From Minisyncoccota bacterium (GTDB lineage Bacteria; Patescibacteriota; Minisyncoccia; Phycocordibacterales; UBA9973), in NCBI GenBank assembly GCA_031413715.1, contig JANOFO010000010.1, positions 302 to 64,301 of the forward strand: a stretch of 64,000 nucleotides of DNA. The letters are read 5' to 3'. The position numbers were made by a program, and so were the translations under genes. The notes beneath the pieces are model-generated. The model searched no databases. It had not been told where the DNA came from and worked only from the letters and a program-made list of their open reading frames with translations. Shown piece by piece: positions 45,723-56,459 of the stretch. Position 1 is the stretch's first letter; the number at the start of each line of letters is the position of its first letter.

Positions 45723-48131
45723 TTATAAATCTCCCCACGTTTTGCCAGAGACAAAGGAAACTTCAATCGGAACTGGCTCTAGATTGGCTAAGAATTCGTT
45801 TGGAATTGCATGTTTCATGGCCTCTTCTATGATAGATACAGCTTCAGAAAGCTTTTCCTCTTTGACTTCATAGACCAGTTCATCATGCACCTGCAGAATC
45901 AGATGAGCATGCTCGGAGAGTCCTCTTTTTTTCAAATTATCTTCCGCCTGCTTCATCCCAATTTTGATAATATCAGCCGTGGCAGTCCCTTGAATCGGAG
46001 CATTCACTGCCATCCGCTCAGTCATCGCTTTAATAAATGGAATAGACGAGCGGATCCCAGGAAAGTAGCGTTTACGTCCGAACAGCGTCTCTGTGTAGCC
46101 ATGTGATTTGGCAAAATTTTTGATGCTTTCGAGATACGCTGCGATCGTGGGAAATTCTGAAAAGTAATTATCGTAGAAAATTTGTGCTTCTTTTCGGTCA
46201 GTGCCAAGATTAGCACGCAGGGCGTTTACCCCCATGCCGTACAGTATGCCGAAGTTTATAACCTTTGCGCGCCTACGCATATCGTACGTAACTTCGCTCT
46301 CAGAAACTCGGAAAACTTTCATCGCAACTGCTGTGTGAATATCTTTCCCTTCTTTAAAGGCTTTTATGAAGTATGGATCTTGTGACAAGAGTGCTGCCAC
46401 TCGAAGCTCAATCTGCGAGTAGTCAAAAGACACCAGAAGAAATCCTTTTTGAGCGATGAATGCATGGCGGATATTCTTGCCGAGTTCTGTCTTGATAGGG
46501 ATATTTTGTAAATTAGGATTGTGGGAAGAGAAGCGACCTGTCGTCGAGCCTGCGGGGATAAAATGGGCATGCAACCGGCCATCGCTTGAGACTTGATTAG
46601 GTAGCGTATCTATATATGTAGAGAGTAGTTTTTGTAATTCACGGTATTTTATAATCTCGCTTGCAATTGGGTGCAATTGGCGAAGCTTTTCAAGCTCGCT
46701 CTCTCGAGTTGACCTCGCGCCACCTGCACTTTTCTTCATGCCTTTTGCTGAGAGCTTGAGTTCGTCAAAGAGAACTTCCGCAAGCTGCTTGGGTGAATTG
46801 ATATTGAATTCCCTGCCACCCATTTTCCAAATACTTTTTTCTATTTTAGTGAGTTCATGGTGATATTCTTTGGATAATTTCTTGAGATATTCTACATCGA
46901 CTTTAATCCCATTCTTTTCCATATTTTCTATAATGGGAATAAGCGGAACTTCAATCTCTTTATAGACATAGGTGAGCCTTTCTTTCTCTATATCAGACTC
47001 TAGTTTTTTGAAGGCTTCATCCAGGGAATTACTGCCTTTATAATGAATAACATCATCGAGACTTGGATCAGTGCGCTCAGAGTTGAGTAACCAAAAGGCA
47101 ATTTTGGCTTTAGCTATTGTATATTTATCTTCTTTAGAATATGAATCTTCCGATATCTTTTCTTCTGTCGAAGTTGCAGTAACCTCAGTATCGGTAGTTG
47201 CTGTGTCTTTGTCTATTATAGCGAGAAATCTATTTTGTAAACTTTTAAATTCAACATCGCGGAAAAATCCAGCAGCCTCTTCTTTGTCCACTGTGTCCTG
47301 CCATCTATTTTTGGGTAATGCGAACGTAATAGGCGCATCGCGACGGATCGTCGCCAATGTTTTAGAGAATAGTGCTTCATCCTCCCCATCCTTTAGTAAA
47401 TTAAAAACTCTTTCAGTGATTCCAAGCGCGCGAACTTTTTCTGCGCTTTTTTTTATAGCTTGGTACATCTTCTCTATGGTTCCATACTCTACGATAAGGA
47501 TTGTGGCTGTCTTCTCGCCAATTCCTTTAATGCCAATAATATTATCAGATGGATCACCGCGGAGCCCTTTGTAGTCGGGCAAGTATTTTGGTTCGAAGCC
47601 AAATCGCTCTTTGACTTTTTCTTCATTATATAAAATAGTATCGTTGATCCCCTTCTTGAGTGTATAGACGCGAACTTTGTCATCATCTACAAGTTGAAGT
47701 GTATCCATGTCCCCTGAGGCGATAATGACATCAATATTTTTTTTGTCTCTCATTTGCTCGGTGATAGTGCCGAGTAAATCATCAGCTTCAAAACCTTCAC
47801 ACTCATACATGGGGATAGAAAAAGCTTTAAAGAAATCTCTTGAACGGATAATCTGCGCGATTAAAGCATCGTCAGTTTTCGCACGACCAGCTTTGTAATT
47901 ATCATAGACTTCATGACGGAATGTCTTCTTGGGCAAGTCAAAACAGGCCACAATATAATCGGGCTTGAGTTCAGTAACAATTTTGAAAAGCATGGTCGTC
48001 AAGCCATAGAGCGCGCCAGTTGGCTCGCCTTTGGAATTGGAAAACTCTGGCAAGGCATGATACGCCCGGTGGATAATCGCATGAACATCAAGCAAAACAA
48101 GCCTTTTATTTGTTGTTTTTTTGGCTCTCAT
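45723..48131 (-). CDS. polA: DNA polymerase I (5'-3' exonuclease + polymerase domains)
   Basis: 5' nuclease N-terminus (LLDVHAIIHRAYHA); pol motifs (RRRAKVINFGILYG, HDELVYEV); start at MRAKK. Confidence 0.9.
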   Translation of the reverse strand: MRAKKTTNKRLVLLDVHAIIHRAYHALPEFSNSKGEPTGALYGLTTMLFKIVTELKPDYIVACFDLPKKTFRHEVYDNYKAGRAKTDDALIAQIIRSRDFFKAFSIPMYECEGFEADDLLGTITEQMRDKKNIDVIIASGDMDTLQLVDDDKVRVYTLKKGINDTILYNEEKVKERFGFEPKYLPDYKGLRGDPSDNIIGIKGIGEKTATILIVEYGTIEKMYQAIKKSAEKVRALGITERVFNLLKDGEDEALFSKTLATIRRDAPITFALPKNRWQDTVDKEEAAGFFRDVEFKSLQNRFLAIIDKDTATTDTEVTATSTEEKISEDSYSKEDKYTIAKAKIAFWLLNSERTDPSLDDVIHYKGSNSLDEAFKKLESDIEKERLTYVYKEIEVPLIPIIENMEKNGIKVDVEYLKKLSKEYHHELTKIEKSIWKMGGREFNINSPKQLAEVLFDELKLSAKGMKKSAGGARSTRESELEKLRQLHPIASEIIKYRELQKLLSTYIDTLPNQVSSDGRLHAHFIPAGSTTGRFSSHNPNLQNIPIKTELGKNIRHAFIAQKGFLLVSFDYSQIELRVAALLSQDPYFIKAFKEGKDIHTAVAMKVFRVSESEVTYDMRRRAKVINFGILYGMGVNALRANLGTDRKEAQIFYDNYFSEFPTIAAYLESIKNFAKSHGYTETLFGRKRYFPGIRSSIPFIKAMTERMAVNAPIQGTATADIIKIGMKQAEDNLKKRGLSEHAHLILQVHDELVYEVKEEKLSEAVSIIEEAMKHAIPNEFLANLEPVPIEVSFVSGKTWGDL

Positions 48132-48139
48132 ACTAGTGA

Positions 48140-48574
48140 TTATAGCATTTTGATCATTCTTGTATTCTCTTTGTCGTGGGTGAGTTCTATATATATGGCA
48201 TTCTTTGGAATACATTCGGGCACATTTTCAGGCCACTCTACTATTATGAGATTATCCTTATCTTCGAGAAGTTGTACCCAACCAAGATGCAAAAGTTCCG
48301 AACCTCTACTAAGACGATAAGCATCGATGTGAGTTAATTTTTTGAAAACTGTATCTGTAGTATTATAACTTTTTATTATGACAAAGGTGGGTGAGGTGAT
48401 GTTCTCCTTTACTCCCAACTGCCGAGCGATTTCTTGAGTGAGAGTCGTCTTGCCACTGCCAAGTTCTCCTGATAAGGCAACTACCTTGGCAGTATTTAAT
48501 CCTGCCTTTTTGGCTTTACTGATCAGATCCTGTGCGACCTTGGGAAGTTGGTCGAGGGTGGTTGTCATCTTCAT
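48140..48574 (-). CDS. tsaE: tRNA t6A37 biosynthesis protein TsaE
   Basis: LSGELGSGKTTLTQEIARQLGV P-loop; IDAYRL. Confidence 0.8.
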   Translation of the reverse strand: MKMTTTLDQLPKVAQDLISKAKKAGLNTAKVVALSGELGSGKTTLTQEIARQLGVKENITSPTFVIIKSYNTTDTVFKKLTHIDAYRLSRGSELLHLGWVQLLEDKDNLIIVEWPENVPECIPKNAIYIELTHDKENTRMIKML

Positions 48575-48632
48575 CTTGACATACTAACACAAAATCCCAG
48601 AGCCAAGGCTCTGGGATTTTGCTAGAAATTTA

Positions 48633-50627
48633 TTAGTAATTTGTTGTAGTCGTATGAGCTCCTGTTGGAGTTGTCGTATGAACGACTGAACGATTACTGT
48701 AGTATCTGCGAGTAAGTAGTATGATGAGAAGAATCAAGATAAGGATCAGTAACCAGCCGATAAGGCCAATACCGAGGAACCCTGACCAGAACGCGGATGC
48801 ACCCAGAACGTTGAGATCGCGAGGATTATTCAACACATAGGCAATTGCATTTTCTTGCGCACCATTTGGACTCGTGTAAACCAAGATTGCAGTCGTGACG
48901 ATCTGCGCTGTGCCTGAAGTTATAGCTTCAACACGGCCTTGCAAATACACGACACCTTCTGCCTGAGGAAGTAAATCTTCGAGCGGAACAGTAAGTGTAT
49001 TAGTATCTAGTGAATATGTACCGCGAGAAGCGTTCGTAAGAACGATGCCTCGTGGAATGATCACTTGCAATACCGGACGAGTAAGAGTTGACTTACCGAT
49101 ATTCTTGTAAGTAACAGTGTAGTCAACGAAGTCACCAACACCGATATATTGATAACGATTTTCGATTTTTAGCATGATCGGTGACTGTGTACCGATGACA
49201 GTTGTACCCTGGACAATAACCGGTCGAACTACTGTTGTTGCGAGTGTCTGGAAAACCTGAATCTGACCGTATGAGAGGCCGCCTGAACATTGAGAAACAA
49301 GGCGGAAATAGTAAGGAAGTCCAGGAACAAGTCCACTGATCACTTCACTAAAAGCACCGTTACCAACACGAGATATTGTCTGTGAGCCAAGGTTTACTGT
49401 TGTTCCATACTGGAAGTATGAAGTACTTACATTGCCTGTAATAAGACCATTGAGTGTAGCTGTAGTCTGAGTTACATTTGTCGCAACGGTTGTAACCGCA
49501 CAGTTGTTGATGACCGGTGGCTGAATGATAATAGGATTTACATTCACGTATACAGTCTGAGATGGAGCTGATCCATTCTGACCATATGCAGTGAGCACGT
49601 AGTTGCTGTTGTTTGTGGGATAGACAGTTGCGCTGCCGCTTATATTATTGCTGATAGTTCCATTAGGACCAGATAGAGTTGCTGATGTACAGTTGTATGT
49701 ATTCCAGACAAGATTTACTGGATTACCAGACTGTACTGTAGTAGTTGTCGAACCATTACCTGTGAAGTTTGAAATTGTACAATAATTTTGCTGAACATTG
49801 TTTACATTCACATATACGCTCTGTGTTTGTGTACTACAATTATTACCGCCACTTGCGGTAAGATTGTATGAACCCGAGTATGTCGGGTATACCGTTGCGC
49901 TGCCGCTTGTGTTTGAACTTGAGAAGTTTGGACCTGAAATATTAACTGATGTATAACCAGTTGTATTCCAAACCAAATTTACAGAATTACCTGATTGAAT
50001 AGTTGTACTCTGTGAGCCGTTGGCAGTGAAGTTTGAGATTGAACAGTTGCCACCACCTCCCGTATTACCAACTTGAAAGCTGACAACAACAGAACCTTGG
50101 CTATTCCAACCTGGAGCAATTGCACCGATAGAAAGACCGCCACTTTTAATCTCAGAACCATTTTGTCCATTTAGGAATGACGCTTGTGATTGAGTCTGAT
50201 TCGGATACCAACGAGTCGATCCAAAGGTAAGTGTCTGAGAACTTGGAAGATTCACTGTGACCGTGCCTGAGGAAATACTCCCTTGATCAGAAGTAACCTG
50301 TGCAGAGAATGAATGTGATGTAGACGAACCACTCGGTGTATTTAATATGACTCGAGTATTGTTTGCAGTCTGCGGAGAACCGTTTAGATCACTTGAGTTA
50401 TGATAATAAATGCGAACGTTAATTGTTTCTCCCGGATTCGCACTGACGGAAGAGAGAGGCCAACATGGATTGTTGAGTCCTGTGTTAGTCGTAAAATTAG
50501 CGACCGCGAGTGTAGGACAGTCATTAGATGCTCCGTTCCAAAGTTCCGTAGCGAAAACACTCTGACTCCCCAAAAGGAAAACAAGAGCAAAAGATGCGAC
50601 TATTAGTTTTTTTATATATTTTTTCAT
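48633..50627 (-). CDS. large surface protein with repeated Ig/Fn3-like domains and a C-terminal TM anchor
   Basis: Signal peptide; repeated NVSGSATVYPT... blocks; C-terminal LIGWLLILILILLIILL. Confidence 0.5.
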   Translation of the reverse strand: MKKYIKKLIVASFALVFLLGSQSVFATELWNGASNDCPTLAVANFTTNTGLNNPCWPLSSVSANPGETINVRIYYHNSSDLNGSPQTANNTRVILNTPSGSSTSHSFSAQVTSDQGSISSGTVTVNLPSSQTLTFGSTRWYPNQTQSQASFLNGQNGSEIKSGGLSIGAIAPGWNSQGSVVVSFQVGNTGGGGNCSISNFTANGSQSTTIQSGNSVNLVWNTTGYTSVNISGPNFSSSNTSGSATVYPTYSGSYNLTASGGNNCSTQTQSVYVNVNNVQQNYCTISNFTGNGSTTTTVQSGNPVNLVWNTYNCTSATLSGPNGTISNNISGSATVYPTNNSNYVLTAYGQNGSAPSQTVYVNVNPIIIQPPVINNCAVTTVATNVTQTTATLNGLITGNVSTSYFQYGTTVNLGSQTISRVGNGAFSEVISGLVPGLPYYFRLVSQCSGGLSYGQIQVFQTLATTVVRPVIVQGTTVIGTQSPIMLKIENRYQYIGVGDFVDYTVTYKNIGKSTLTRPVLQVIIPRGIVLTNASRGTYSLDTNTLTVPLEDLLPQAEGVVYLQGRVEAITSGTAQIVTTAILVYTSPNGAQENAIAYVLNNPRDLNVLGASAFWSGFLGIGLIGWLLILILILLIILLTRRYYSNRSVVHTTTPTGAHTTTTNY

Positions 50628-50761
50628 ATATTTGCTATTAATTATAATTTACAATTTTAAACCTTCAACGCGTTCGACAGCGTTCAAGACTTAAAAAAGC
50701 ATTGGATCGATCATATGTTAGTACAATTGATCCAATGAAATGTTTTTAGCACAAGAAAGGA

Positions 50762-51721
50762 TTAATGGCCGGGAACCCAAACAGGTTGCCCATTGACCAC
50801 TCCCCAGTGACCTGGTGCGCCGACAGGGCCGCCAGTATTATGTGGGGGGGACCAAACAGGACCTCCTTGTCGTGGCCAAGGTTGAGGTTGATTTCTTCCT
50901 CCAAACGTAACTCCGGCAATAACAAGGGTGAAGTTCGTTTCCTTTTTTACCTTTACAGTTGGTGCGGGATTAGGATTATTGGAGTAAGTGAGAGGTGGAT
51001 TCATACCCAGAGGTGGTAAGGGTCTTTGTTCCTCTTTTTCTTCCTCTATAACAACCTTTTTTTCAGTTAAAACTTTTTCAATAACTGTTGTTGTATCCAC
51101 AACATTTTTACATGTTGTGGAGATCGTTCCGATTAATTCGGAATAATCCGGTTTGGTTGAGTTATTTTTTTCATCCACAAACTTGTGGATGATGAGTTTT
51201 AACCTGTTTTCACACAACAGGCGTGGAGCTATAACAGGAGGAGCAACATAAGGGGTGTAGTTTTTCGGATCTTCAGGATTTCCGCACGCAATCTTTGCGT
51301 AGATATCCTCAACATCTTCGTACCGCAATCCCACCCAATCACTACGCAGTCCAAGCGAACTTGTATAAACAAGTTTGTTTTGACTTCTCCCACCATTATA
51401 GTAGTTTTGACCATCATAAAATGATTGATCATAAACCGTAGAATGGTTGAGGAGCCATGTCATACTCCGTAGATCAGCTCGTAAAACGAGCTGCCTGACT
51501 TGTGGTAGTTTTGAGGTCTGCAAAATCTGGTTACCCAGCTTTGCATACTCTGGCCATAACTCGTTCCTTATAAAAGGATCTTTGGCATCCAAAATGATTT
51601 TCTGGAAGCCTTCCATTGTACGGTTAGGGTCATAACCCAGACAGGGGCTGATTTTTTGTGCTGTTGATTTTGATATGCCCAACAAAATGAGGGCAGAGAT
51701 CAAGAATGTAATGTACTTCAC
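50762..51721 (-). CDS. secreted hypothetical protein with Pro/Gly-rich C-terminus
   Basis: Signal peptide; PQPWPRQGGPVWSPPHNTGGPVGAPGHWG tail. Confidence 0.4.
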   Translation of the reverse strand: MKYITFLISALILLGISKSTAQKISPCLGYDPNRTMEGFQKIILDAKDPFIRNELWPEYAKLGNQILQTSKLPQVRQLVLRADLRSMTWLLNHSTVYDQSFYDGQNYYNGGRSQNKLVYTSSLGLRSDWVGLRYEDVEDIYAKIACGNPEDPKNYTPYVAPPVIAPRLLCENRLKLIIHKFVDEKNNSTKPDYSELIGTISTTCKNVVDTTTVIEKVLTEKKVVIEEEKEEQRPLPPLGMNPPLTYSNNPNPAPTVKVKKETNFTLVIAGVTFGGRNQPQPWPRQGGPVWSPPHNTGGPVGAPGHWGVVNGQPVWVPGH

Positions 51722-51892
51722 GATTGTTGGGTTTAAGTTAATTAATGATGTTATATCTCAACCCCAAAAAAGAGATGTAGATATCACACCATTAACTAAA
51801 CTATAGAAAACCCATTTGTCTGTATCATATCATATTCTGCAACAAATGTCAAGGACCTAGAGCTAGGGGTTATAAGCTATAATGAGTCGAGT

Positions 51893-53590
51893 ATGACCAT
51901 CCAATTTGACGATGAAAAAGAGGAGAAAGAGCTATCTGACCTACGAAAACAGGAAGAGGAAGATCTTGTACAAGCTCTCGCGGAATCAAAATATGGAGTT
52001 CCCGCAATAAATCTAAGCGCAATGCCAATCGACAACGATGCACTGCGCTCTATCGAAGAGAAAGAAGCCATCGCGCTTGAAATCGCACCATTTAAGATAC
52101 TCGGGCGTGATATTCACATCGCAGTTCGTGCGCCTCACAAGGAAAAACTAGAAAGCTTGACCCAGTACTTCACCGCGCACGGGTATATTCCGCATTTTTA
52201 TATGGCATCGCTCGGAAGCCTCAATAAAGCATGGGAGAGATACAAGGAAATATCATATGCCTCAGAATCAAAAGCAGGATCTATCGCTATCTCAGGTGAT
52301 GCGCTCAAGAAAATCATGGCTGGTATCAAAAATATAGATGATATCAAGAGTGCTATCGTCGAGACAGAAAAAGATAAATCTCATATGACATCTCACATAC
52401 TCGAGATTGCCCTTGCGGGTGCTATTGCTATAAACGCATCTGATTTGCATTTCGAACCAGAAGAAAAAACAGTGCGGTTACGTTTCCGTCTAGATGGAGT
52501 ACTCCACACTGTGATGGAAATACCGCCAGAAATACATAGATTCATAAATTCAAGAATCAAACTTTTGGCCGGACTTAAAATTACCGCTTCGTCCATAGCT
52601 CAAGACGGGCGCTTTAGCATTTTCCTCGATGAAGACGAGATCAGTCTCCGTGTCTCGCTCATCCCCGGAGCATATGGGGAATCGATAGTTATGCGTATCT
52701 TGAATCCTAAATCTATCCAAGTAAAACTTGAAGATATGGGGATAGAAACCAAGCTCTATGAAGTCTTTATGCGAGAAATAAAGAAACCGAACGGTATGAT
52801 TCTCCTTACCGGTCCGACTGGTTCGGGTAAGACGACGACGCTTTATTCCTTCCTCCAAAAGATTTATTCAACCGAGATTAAAATAATAACGATCGAGGAT
52901 CCGATCGAATATCACTTAGCAGGCATCACTCAAACTCAAACTGATTCCGAAAAAGGCTATACATTCCTAGAAGGTCTTCGCTCTGCGCTTCGTCAGGACC
53001 CAGATGTGATCATGGTCGGAGAAATTCGCGACAGTGAAACTGCGAAAATCGCAGTCGAGTCCGCGCTTACTGGCCACTTGGTGTTCTCTACTCTTCATAC
53101 AAACAACGCCGCCGGAGTTATCCCCCGCTTGATAGACCTTGAAGTAAATCCAAAAATATTAGTTTCGGCGCTTTCGCTTTCTATAGCCCAGCGTCTGGTT
53201 CGCAAGCTATGCAGTGTCTGCAAGAAAGAAGAAGCTCCTTCAGAAGAAGAGGTGAAGATAACAAGAAAAGTGAGCGATAATGCCAAGGTTCACAACAAAG
53301 ACTTCAATAATTACGGAGTAGATATGAGCTCTCTAAAGATATATAAAGCCGTCGGCTGCGGAGAATGCAACAATACCGGCTACAATGGCCGTATTGGAGT
53401 ATTTGAAGCAATTCACAATGATGCTCAGATAGAAAAAATGATTCCAAACAACCCAAGTGAACGCGAAATCAAAGAAGCAGCTCAAAATCAAGGCACTCTC
53501 GATATGAAAGAGGATGGCATAGTAAAGATTCTCAAAGGCATAACTTCTTATGAAGAAGTCGGATCTGTTGTAGACTTTTACGAAGAGTAA
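51893..53590 (+). CDS. pilB: type II/IV secretion ATPase PilB/GspE
   Basis: Walker A LTGPTGSGKTTT, GEIRD, C-terminal tetracysteine CSVCKK...CGECNNTGY. Confidence 0.85.
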   Translation: MTIQFDDEKEEKELSDLRKQEEEDLVQALAESKYGVPAINLSAMPIDNDALRSIEEKEAIALEIAPFKILGRDIHIAVRAPHKEKLESLTQYFTAHGYIPHFYMASLGSLNKAWERYKEISYASESKAGSIAISGDALKKIMAGIKNIDDIKSAIVETEKDKSHMTSHILEIALAGAIAINASDLHFEPEEKTVRLRFRLDGVLHTVMEIPPEIHRFINSRIKLLAGLKITASSIAQDGRFSIFLDEDEISLRVSLIPGAYGESIVMRILNPKSIQVKLEDMGIETKLYEVFMREIKKPNGMILLTGPTGSGKTTTLYSFLQKIYSTEIKIITIEDPIEYHLAGITQTQTDSEKGYTFLEGLRSALRQDPDVIMVGEIRDSETAKIAVESALTGHLVFSTLHTNNAAGVIPRLIDLEVNPKILVSALSLSIAQRLVRKLCSVCKKEEAPSEEEVKITRKVSDNAKVHNKDFNNYGVDMSSLKIYKAVGCGECNNTGYNGRIGVFEAIHNDAQIEKMIPNNPSEREIKEAAQNQGTLDMKEDGIVKILKGITSYEEVGSVVDFYEE

Positions 53591-53864
53591 CAAAACACCC
53601 GATTAATCGGGTGTTTTGTTATGGAAGAAAAAATAAATCTCTAAACAATCTTTTGAGGGCATGCGCCCCCAAAATAACGTATGATTAGAGGATAGACCCA
53701 GTAGATATAAATATAACCAGAACGTCCTCCGCACATATATAGAGCACGGGGCCGATTGCTTAGAGATTTATGTCCTCTTCACGAAAATGCTATAATTGAT
53801 GGATAAATCAGAGTAAAAAGACTTGCTAGATTTCTGAGTAAGAGTATAGCATATCAAAAGCCCG

Positions 53865-54866
53865 ATGTCAAGCGAAACTAATAAAGAACCAATAACTAAA
53901 GACGAGGGATTTTTGGACCAAACACTGCGTCCAGGAGCTTGGGATGACTATATAGGACAAGAAAATATCAAGGCTAACCTTAAAATTTTGCTTACTGCTG
54001 CAGAGGAGCGCTCTCATCCAGCCGAGCACATCCTTTTCTACGGACCTCCAGGCTTGGGCAAGACAACGCTCGCTCATCTGATAGCTAAAGAGACGCGCAG
54101 GCAGATCAAGATCACTTCTGGCCCAGCTATTGAGAAGGTGGGTGACCTAGCATCTATATTAACCAATCTCTCCTCGGGGGACATTATATTCATAGACGAG
54201 ATACATAGGCTGAACAAGATGGTGGAAGAAGTCCTCTATCCTGCTATGGAGTCAGGCATGCTCGATATCATAATCGGCAAAGGCCCATCAGCTCGAACAA
54301 TTCAGCTTGAGCTACCGCCATTTACTCTTATTGCTGCAACAACACGCATTGCACTTCTCTCTGCTCCCCTTCGCTCGCGTTTCTCGGGCGGGACATTTAG
54401 ATTGGAATTTTATACAGATGAAGAAATCAAAAAGATCTTGGCTCGCTCCGCAAAAATCTTGGGTATTGAAATATCGGGCGAAGCATTCGACGAGATCGCC
54501 AAGCGAGCCCGCTTCACACCGCGTACTGCAAACTACCTCCTAAAGCGTTGTCGTGATTACGCTCAAGTCCACAAGATACCTATGTCTAAAGATGCTGTAA
54601 AGAAAGCCTTGGCTCTACTTGAAATAGATGAGCTTGGCTTGTCTGCTTCTGATAGAAGAATATTGGAAATAGTAATCAGTAAATTTAATGGTGGACCGGT
54701 AGGACTTAAAACGATAGCAGCCGCAACATCAGAAGAAGAAGGAACGATAGAAGAAGTCATCGAGCCATACTTGATCCAACTCGGACTCCTCGAGCGCACA
54801 ACCCGCGGACGCACTGTCACCAAGAAAGGGTATGAACATTTAGGATTTGATTATAAAGAAAAATAA
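53865..54866 (+). CDS. ruvB: Holliday junction branch-migration helicase RuvB
   Basis: LRP...DYIGQE...LFYGPPGLGKTTLA; arginine finger region. Confidence 0.9.
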   Translation: MSSETNKEPITKDEGFLDQTLRPGAWDDYIGQENIKANLKILLTAAEERSHPAEHILFYGPPGLGKTTLAHLIAKETRRQIKITSGPAIEKVGDLASILTNLSSGDIIFIDEIHRLNKMVEEVLYPAMESGMLDIIIGKGPSARTIQLELPPFTLIAATTRIALLSAPLRSRFSGGTFRLEFYTDEEIKKILARSAKILGIEISGEAFDEIAKRARFTPRTANYLLKRCRDYAQVHKIPMSKDAVKKALALLEIDELGLSASDRRILEIVISKFNGGPVGLKTIAAATSEEEGTIEEVIEPYLIQLGLLERTTRGRTVTKKGYEHLGFDYKEK

Positions 54867-54921
54867 CCCTTTGCCTCAGCTTGGGGTTATTATTTTAATA
54901 TCTTTCTTATTAAATTAAAGG

Positions 54922-55416
54922 TTAAAAAATTGGAGCCGGTTGAGGTATGATAATGAGTGTTTTTTCCTTTTTAACAACCTCAAAGATGTCGTCAATGTTA
55001 CTGTATCCTATATAACTTGAATCAACTATCCAGTCATCCCCCTCTCCACTCCAAAACAGTTCGCAAATTAATTTATGACCTTCCTCGTTTTTTAAAAAAA
55101 AGAAATAAGTATTTTCTGAAGTAATAATTTTGGGGCCTACTTCAAAAATATCGCTGATCTGTTTTATATTTTGCCAGAAAATCTTTTTCCGGTCATCAAC
55201 TATTAATGATACTCCGATTAATGTCTGTGAAAGATTGATATCTCTCTTTAACAATTGTTGGAAATGAAAAACATCAACCGGAATTACTTCTTTATCGAAT
55301 TTAAATTCTTCGAGTTCAGTACTTAAACTAACAATTTTTTCTTTTCCTTTGTTTTCTTTGTTATATTTAAGATTACTTGAAGCAACCTTAAAATAACTTT
55401 CATAATTTTTTTTCAT
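54922..55416 (-). CDS. hypothetical protein
   Basis: ORF only. Confidence 0.3.
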   Translation of the reverse strand: MKKNYESYFKVASSNLKYNKENKGKEKIVSLSTELEEFKFDKEVIPVDVFHFQQLLKRDINLSQTLIGVSLIVDDRKKIFWQNIKQISDIFEVGPKIITSENTYFFFLKNEEGHKLICELFWSGEGDDWIVDSSYIGYSNIDDIFEVVKKEKTLIIIPQPAPIF

Positions 55417-55648
55417 ATATTTAGTTTAGTGGGTTTATCTAAAGCCTCAAAACAAGGACTTAAATAAACTAACTAAACTAAATAGATACGTGGTTATTTT
55501 TATTGTTTATAACATAAAAAACCGACTTTTGTCAAGATCAACTATACTTTGGCTTTTTTATACCGCTATTGGTGGAAAATTGTGTTTTCTCAATATTAAT
55601 GAGATTTTTTATTGCAAACTACTGTCATTAAACGTAAAATCTACCTAT

Positions 55649-56194
55649 ATGAAAATACTAGCCATAGATCCGGGGTTTGAGCGAGTAGGAATCGCCGTCA
55701 TAGAACATATTGAGAAGCAAAAGGATGTTTTGCTTTATTCAGATTGCTTTAAAACCAAGAAAGAATTTCGCTTCCACGAACGTCTATCTCAAGTAGGCAA
55801 GGAGATTGAGAAGATAATCAAAAAATACAAGCCTGAAGTTATGGCGATTGAGAAGCTTTATTTTACTACCAATGCAAAGACAGTTATGAATGTCGCTGAA
55901 GCTCGGGGAGTAATTGTTTACTCTGGATCGAGGAATGGCCTAGAAATATGCGAATATACTCCCCCTGAGATAAAGGTAGCAGTTACAGGATACGGAAAAG
56001 CTAGCAAGGACATGGTTATCCGTATGGTTCCTAAGCTTATAAATATGAAGACAAATATAAGCCGTGCTTCAAAGGACGTTGCACGGCATGATTTCGCTAA
56101 ATCAGACGATGAATTAGACGCAATAGCAGTAGGTCTTACTTGCTTGGCCCAAGAGAGGTTTTCCACAGGGGGTAAGGTATTGCAAAGGAAATAG
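55649..56194 (+). CDS. ruvC: crossover junction endodeoxyribonuclease RuvC
   Basis: MKILAIDPGFERVGIAV; start at the internal Met of the annotated ORF. Confidence 0.8.
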   Translation: MKILAIDPGFERVGIAVIEHIEKQKDVLLYSDCFKTKKEFRFHERLSQVGKEIEKIIKKYKPEVMAIEKLYFTTNAKTVMNVAEARGVIVYSGSRNGLEICEYTPPEIKVAVTGYGKASKDMVIRMVPKLINMKTNISRASKDVARHDFAKSDDELDAIAVGLTCLAQERFSTGGKVLQRK

Positions 56195-56248
56195 TATTTT
56201 GTTACAAATAGTGCATTACAATGTTTGTGAAAAAATAATTAATTTAAC

Positions 56249-56413
56249 ATGAGTTATAACGATGACGAAGAATTAAAAATAGGAGAAATTGCAGAAGAAG
56301 ATGATGATCTAGGCATAGGTCCTGATGCTGATGGACCGATTGATGACGATATATTAGGCAATGATGACGATCTTATAGAAGGCTTCGCTGATATAGATGG
56401 ATCATCTTACTAA
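56249..56413 (+). CDS. small highly acidic protein (54 aa, Asp/Glu-rich)
   Basis: MSYNDDEELKIGEIAEEDDDLGIGPDADGPIDDDILGNDDDLIEGFADIDGSSY; ORF only, below the track cutoff. Confidence 0.25.
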   Translation: MSYNDDEELKIGEIAEEDDDLGIGPDADGPIDDDILGNDDDLIEGFADIDGSSY

Positions 56414-56428
56414 AAACGAAAACAAACT

Positions 56429-56459
56429 AAAACCCCGCACTGTGCGGGGTTTTAGTTTT
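56429..56459. terminator. rho-independent bidirectional terminator aaaaccccgcac-tgt-gcggggtttt
   Basis: GC stem flanked by A-run and T-run, between convergent genes. Confidence 0.55.
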